NCBI GenBank assembly: GCA_008632985.1
Contig: QPGO01000178.1
Location: 124,001 to 147,687 of the forward strand
Source: Psammoneis japonica
Taxonomy: Eukaryota
DNA length: 23,687 nucleotides
Reading direction: 5' to 3'
Of this stretch, positions 22,101-23,687 are shown one piece after another. Each line of letters starts with the position of its first letter. The stretch's first letter is position 1. A model generated the notes under the pieces. That model was not told the DNA's origin and searched no databases. It saw nothing but the letters and a program-made list of their open reading frames with translations. The translations under genes and the position numbers were made by a program.

Positions 22101-23687
22101 TTGCCTTTTCCCCACAAAATGGCATTTAACGCCGTTGCCCATCCACACAGATTCCAAGCACGTCCAAAAATGTCATTGCGTCCGAAAGCTTCCTTTGCCA
22201 GTGTGTCAAATCTGCCTTCAGGGTCCAAGAAACAGAGCCGTGACACCGACTTCATAAAATTAGGATGAAACATGTCTTTCACACTCAAAATCTCTCGGAT
22301 CGTTTCTGGAGCATCATGGGCGAACAAAATGCAATTGCACTTCAAACAGCTGTGATCGAAATTTACATGGCCACGGCGATTCGAGGAAATCTTGATCGTC
22401 GATGCAAACAACCAATTGCGTGATAAAATGAGCTGTTCATGCAAGTTCAATGGCTCCAAATCCAACCGTCTGAAATCCCCGCGGCTGTTGACAGTTTTGG
22501 TTGTTCGGCCTTTTCTTCTAAACACTCATGGCACGTGGGACACAAGTGAGTGAACTCCTTTCCGGCATCATCTGTGTCTGCCAATTCCAGATGAAGATGG
22601 CGCCATTCACCAACAGATTCTTGGGACTCGTACATGGAGTGCCCTTTTTTCAAATCAATCGTTTTGAATTTGCCATTTCCATCTGCCAGAATTGCCACAT
22701 GACCCAACTGTTTCTGCCATTCCAACTTCTGCAAGTCTTTGTCCGCACAAAATCGCAAGGGCCCCAAGATTCCATTCTTCAACCACACCCTGGTGCACTT
22801 GATTTTGGGTTCCGCAGGTCTTTCCAACATCCGAATCCCGCATGCTCCACAAGCAATCATGCACCCGTTCATGTGTGTGAATGACACAGATTCCTCACTC
22901 ATTCCCTCTTTCGAAATGTCACTCACAATTCTCTTGACATCCACCTCTTTTCCGTCACATTTCTTGTCATGTTCTCCATGACGATCAAACTGAAGACAGC
23001 CTGAATTTACATGATGCAACACAACCTCAGAACATCTTTGTCGAAATGCTCAAAGAAACCATCGTCTTCAGGATGTTCTTCCATTTCTTGCAATTTTTCC
23101 ATCAAAAATGCTTCAGACACGTGGTCCGAATCCAAGCCTCGAATCTCCTTTTCGGCTTCATTTAATTCATCCTGTCGTCATTGCAATGCCTGCACGGCTT
23201 CACGTTGCAATCTCTCCTGATGTTCCTCCTCCGACTCCTTGCTTCGCAGATCTGTTTTGTGTGCGCTCCCGTTGCAACCTCTCCTCACGTTGGTCCTCTG
23301 ACTCCGTGTTCCGCCGGTTCGCGCTTTCTGCGCCGCCTCTCGTTGCAGCCTTTCCCGATGTTCGACCTCCGACTCTTTTCTCTGCCAATCCGCTTTGTGT
23401 GCCGCCTCCCATTGCAGCCTCTCCTCATGTTTGTCCTCCGACTCTGTGTTCTGCCGGTCCGCTTTCTGCACCGCTTCTCGTTGCAGCCTCACCCGACGTT
23501 GGACCTCCGACTCTTTGTGGAGCTGACCCGATTTGTGTGCCACCTCCCGTCGCAGCCTCTCCTCACGTTGGTCCTCCGATTCTGTGTTTTGCCGGTCCGC
23601 TTTCTGCGCCGCCTTGCATTGCAGCCTTTTCCAACGCTGGACCTCCGACTCTTTGTGGAGTCGATCCGTTTTCTGTGCCGCCTCCTG
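16143..23687 (-). pseudogene. Helitron RepHel transposase (HUH Rep plus PIF1 helicase), 5'-incomplete, broken by stops and frameshifts
   Basis: N to C: charged 23-aa repeats; Cys motifs CGACG and CPTC..PKLSTAAG..LEPLNLHEQLILSR (DUF6570-like); Rep motif 1 GLPSCFMTLSFDD (about 20910-20950), DPVAFV; motif 2 KGIFG..VVEDHKKGTLHCHLL (HUH at 20488-20496); motif 3 AKGAIFYTCLCMGK (about 19540-19580); PIF1 GAAGTGKS (about 17851-17875), LLFVDE, PFGGIPVSFAGDLDQ, QQLRCED, FPLEMGFAVTANKAKGQTLD, LHVGSSRV. Confidence 0.93.
23190..23687 (-). repeat. Coding tandem repeat, 69-bp (23-aa) unit with 138-bp periodicity, in the RepHel N-terminus
   Basis: ESEVQRRVRLQREAVQKADRQNT / ESEDKHEERLQWEAAHKADWQRK; ggacctccgactctttgtgg at 23501 and 23639. 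About 7 units, continuing past the window edge. Confidence 0.92.

Larger units (their letters stand above)
2090..23687. other. TpA-depleted, TpG/CpA-enriched hypermutated domain
   Basis: Hand count: about 27 TA in 601-1500 (host gene) versus 1 in 2101-3000, none in 3573-4760, and about 21 in 2101-8000. Conserved Tyr codons read as His or Cys in the recognisable genes. Confidence 0.95.
3704..23687 (-). mobile_element. Putative large Helitron with cargo genes (boundaries not established)
   Basis: RepHel is at the right end. The genes 3' of it share one mutation signature and no intact host gene intervenes. No terminal TC/CTRR or subterminal hairpin was identified with confidence, so the extent is inferred. 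Confidence 0.4.

Noticed and set aside
2090..23687. Classical fungal RIP, or an alternative genetic code (TGA read-through, Tyr reassignment)
   Set aside because: RIP raises TpA, whereas here it is lost. The adjacent host gene uses Tyr normally, and non-coding sites (TSD, TIR) show the same changes.

Overview
Eukaryotic DNA: it contains an 81-bp GT-AG intron, and the gene and element types suggest a diatom-like stramenopile (inference). Bases 1-1716 (-) are a host GH35 beta-galactosidase with ordinary dinucleotide content. From about 2.1 kb to the end lies a transposon-derived block that has lost almost all TpA dinucleotides. It holds (i) an internally deleted 1.72-kb mariner/Stowaway-type TIR element (1982-3701), (ii) a pseudogenised Helitron RepHel gene (HUH Rep plus PIF1 helicase, 16143->23687, -), and (iii) between them a cluster of pseudogenised chromatin-related genes: a divergent histone H3 lacking the K27 ARKS motif, a SET-domain protein, a RING-H2 protein and a ~1000-aa zinc-finger/HxD/HhH-like protein. 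The main result is a RIP-like but chemically different mutation signature, TpA->TpG/CpA, that largely spares YTAR and sits on top of CpG->TpG decay. It is visible in conserved Tyr->His/Cys codons and in a TA target-site duplication now reading CA. It also explains why the ORF track is crowded with spurious Cys/His-rich ORFs. All protein calls rest on motif recognition by eye; no searches were run.
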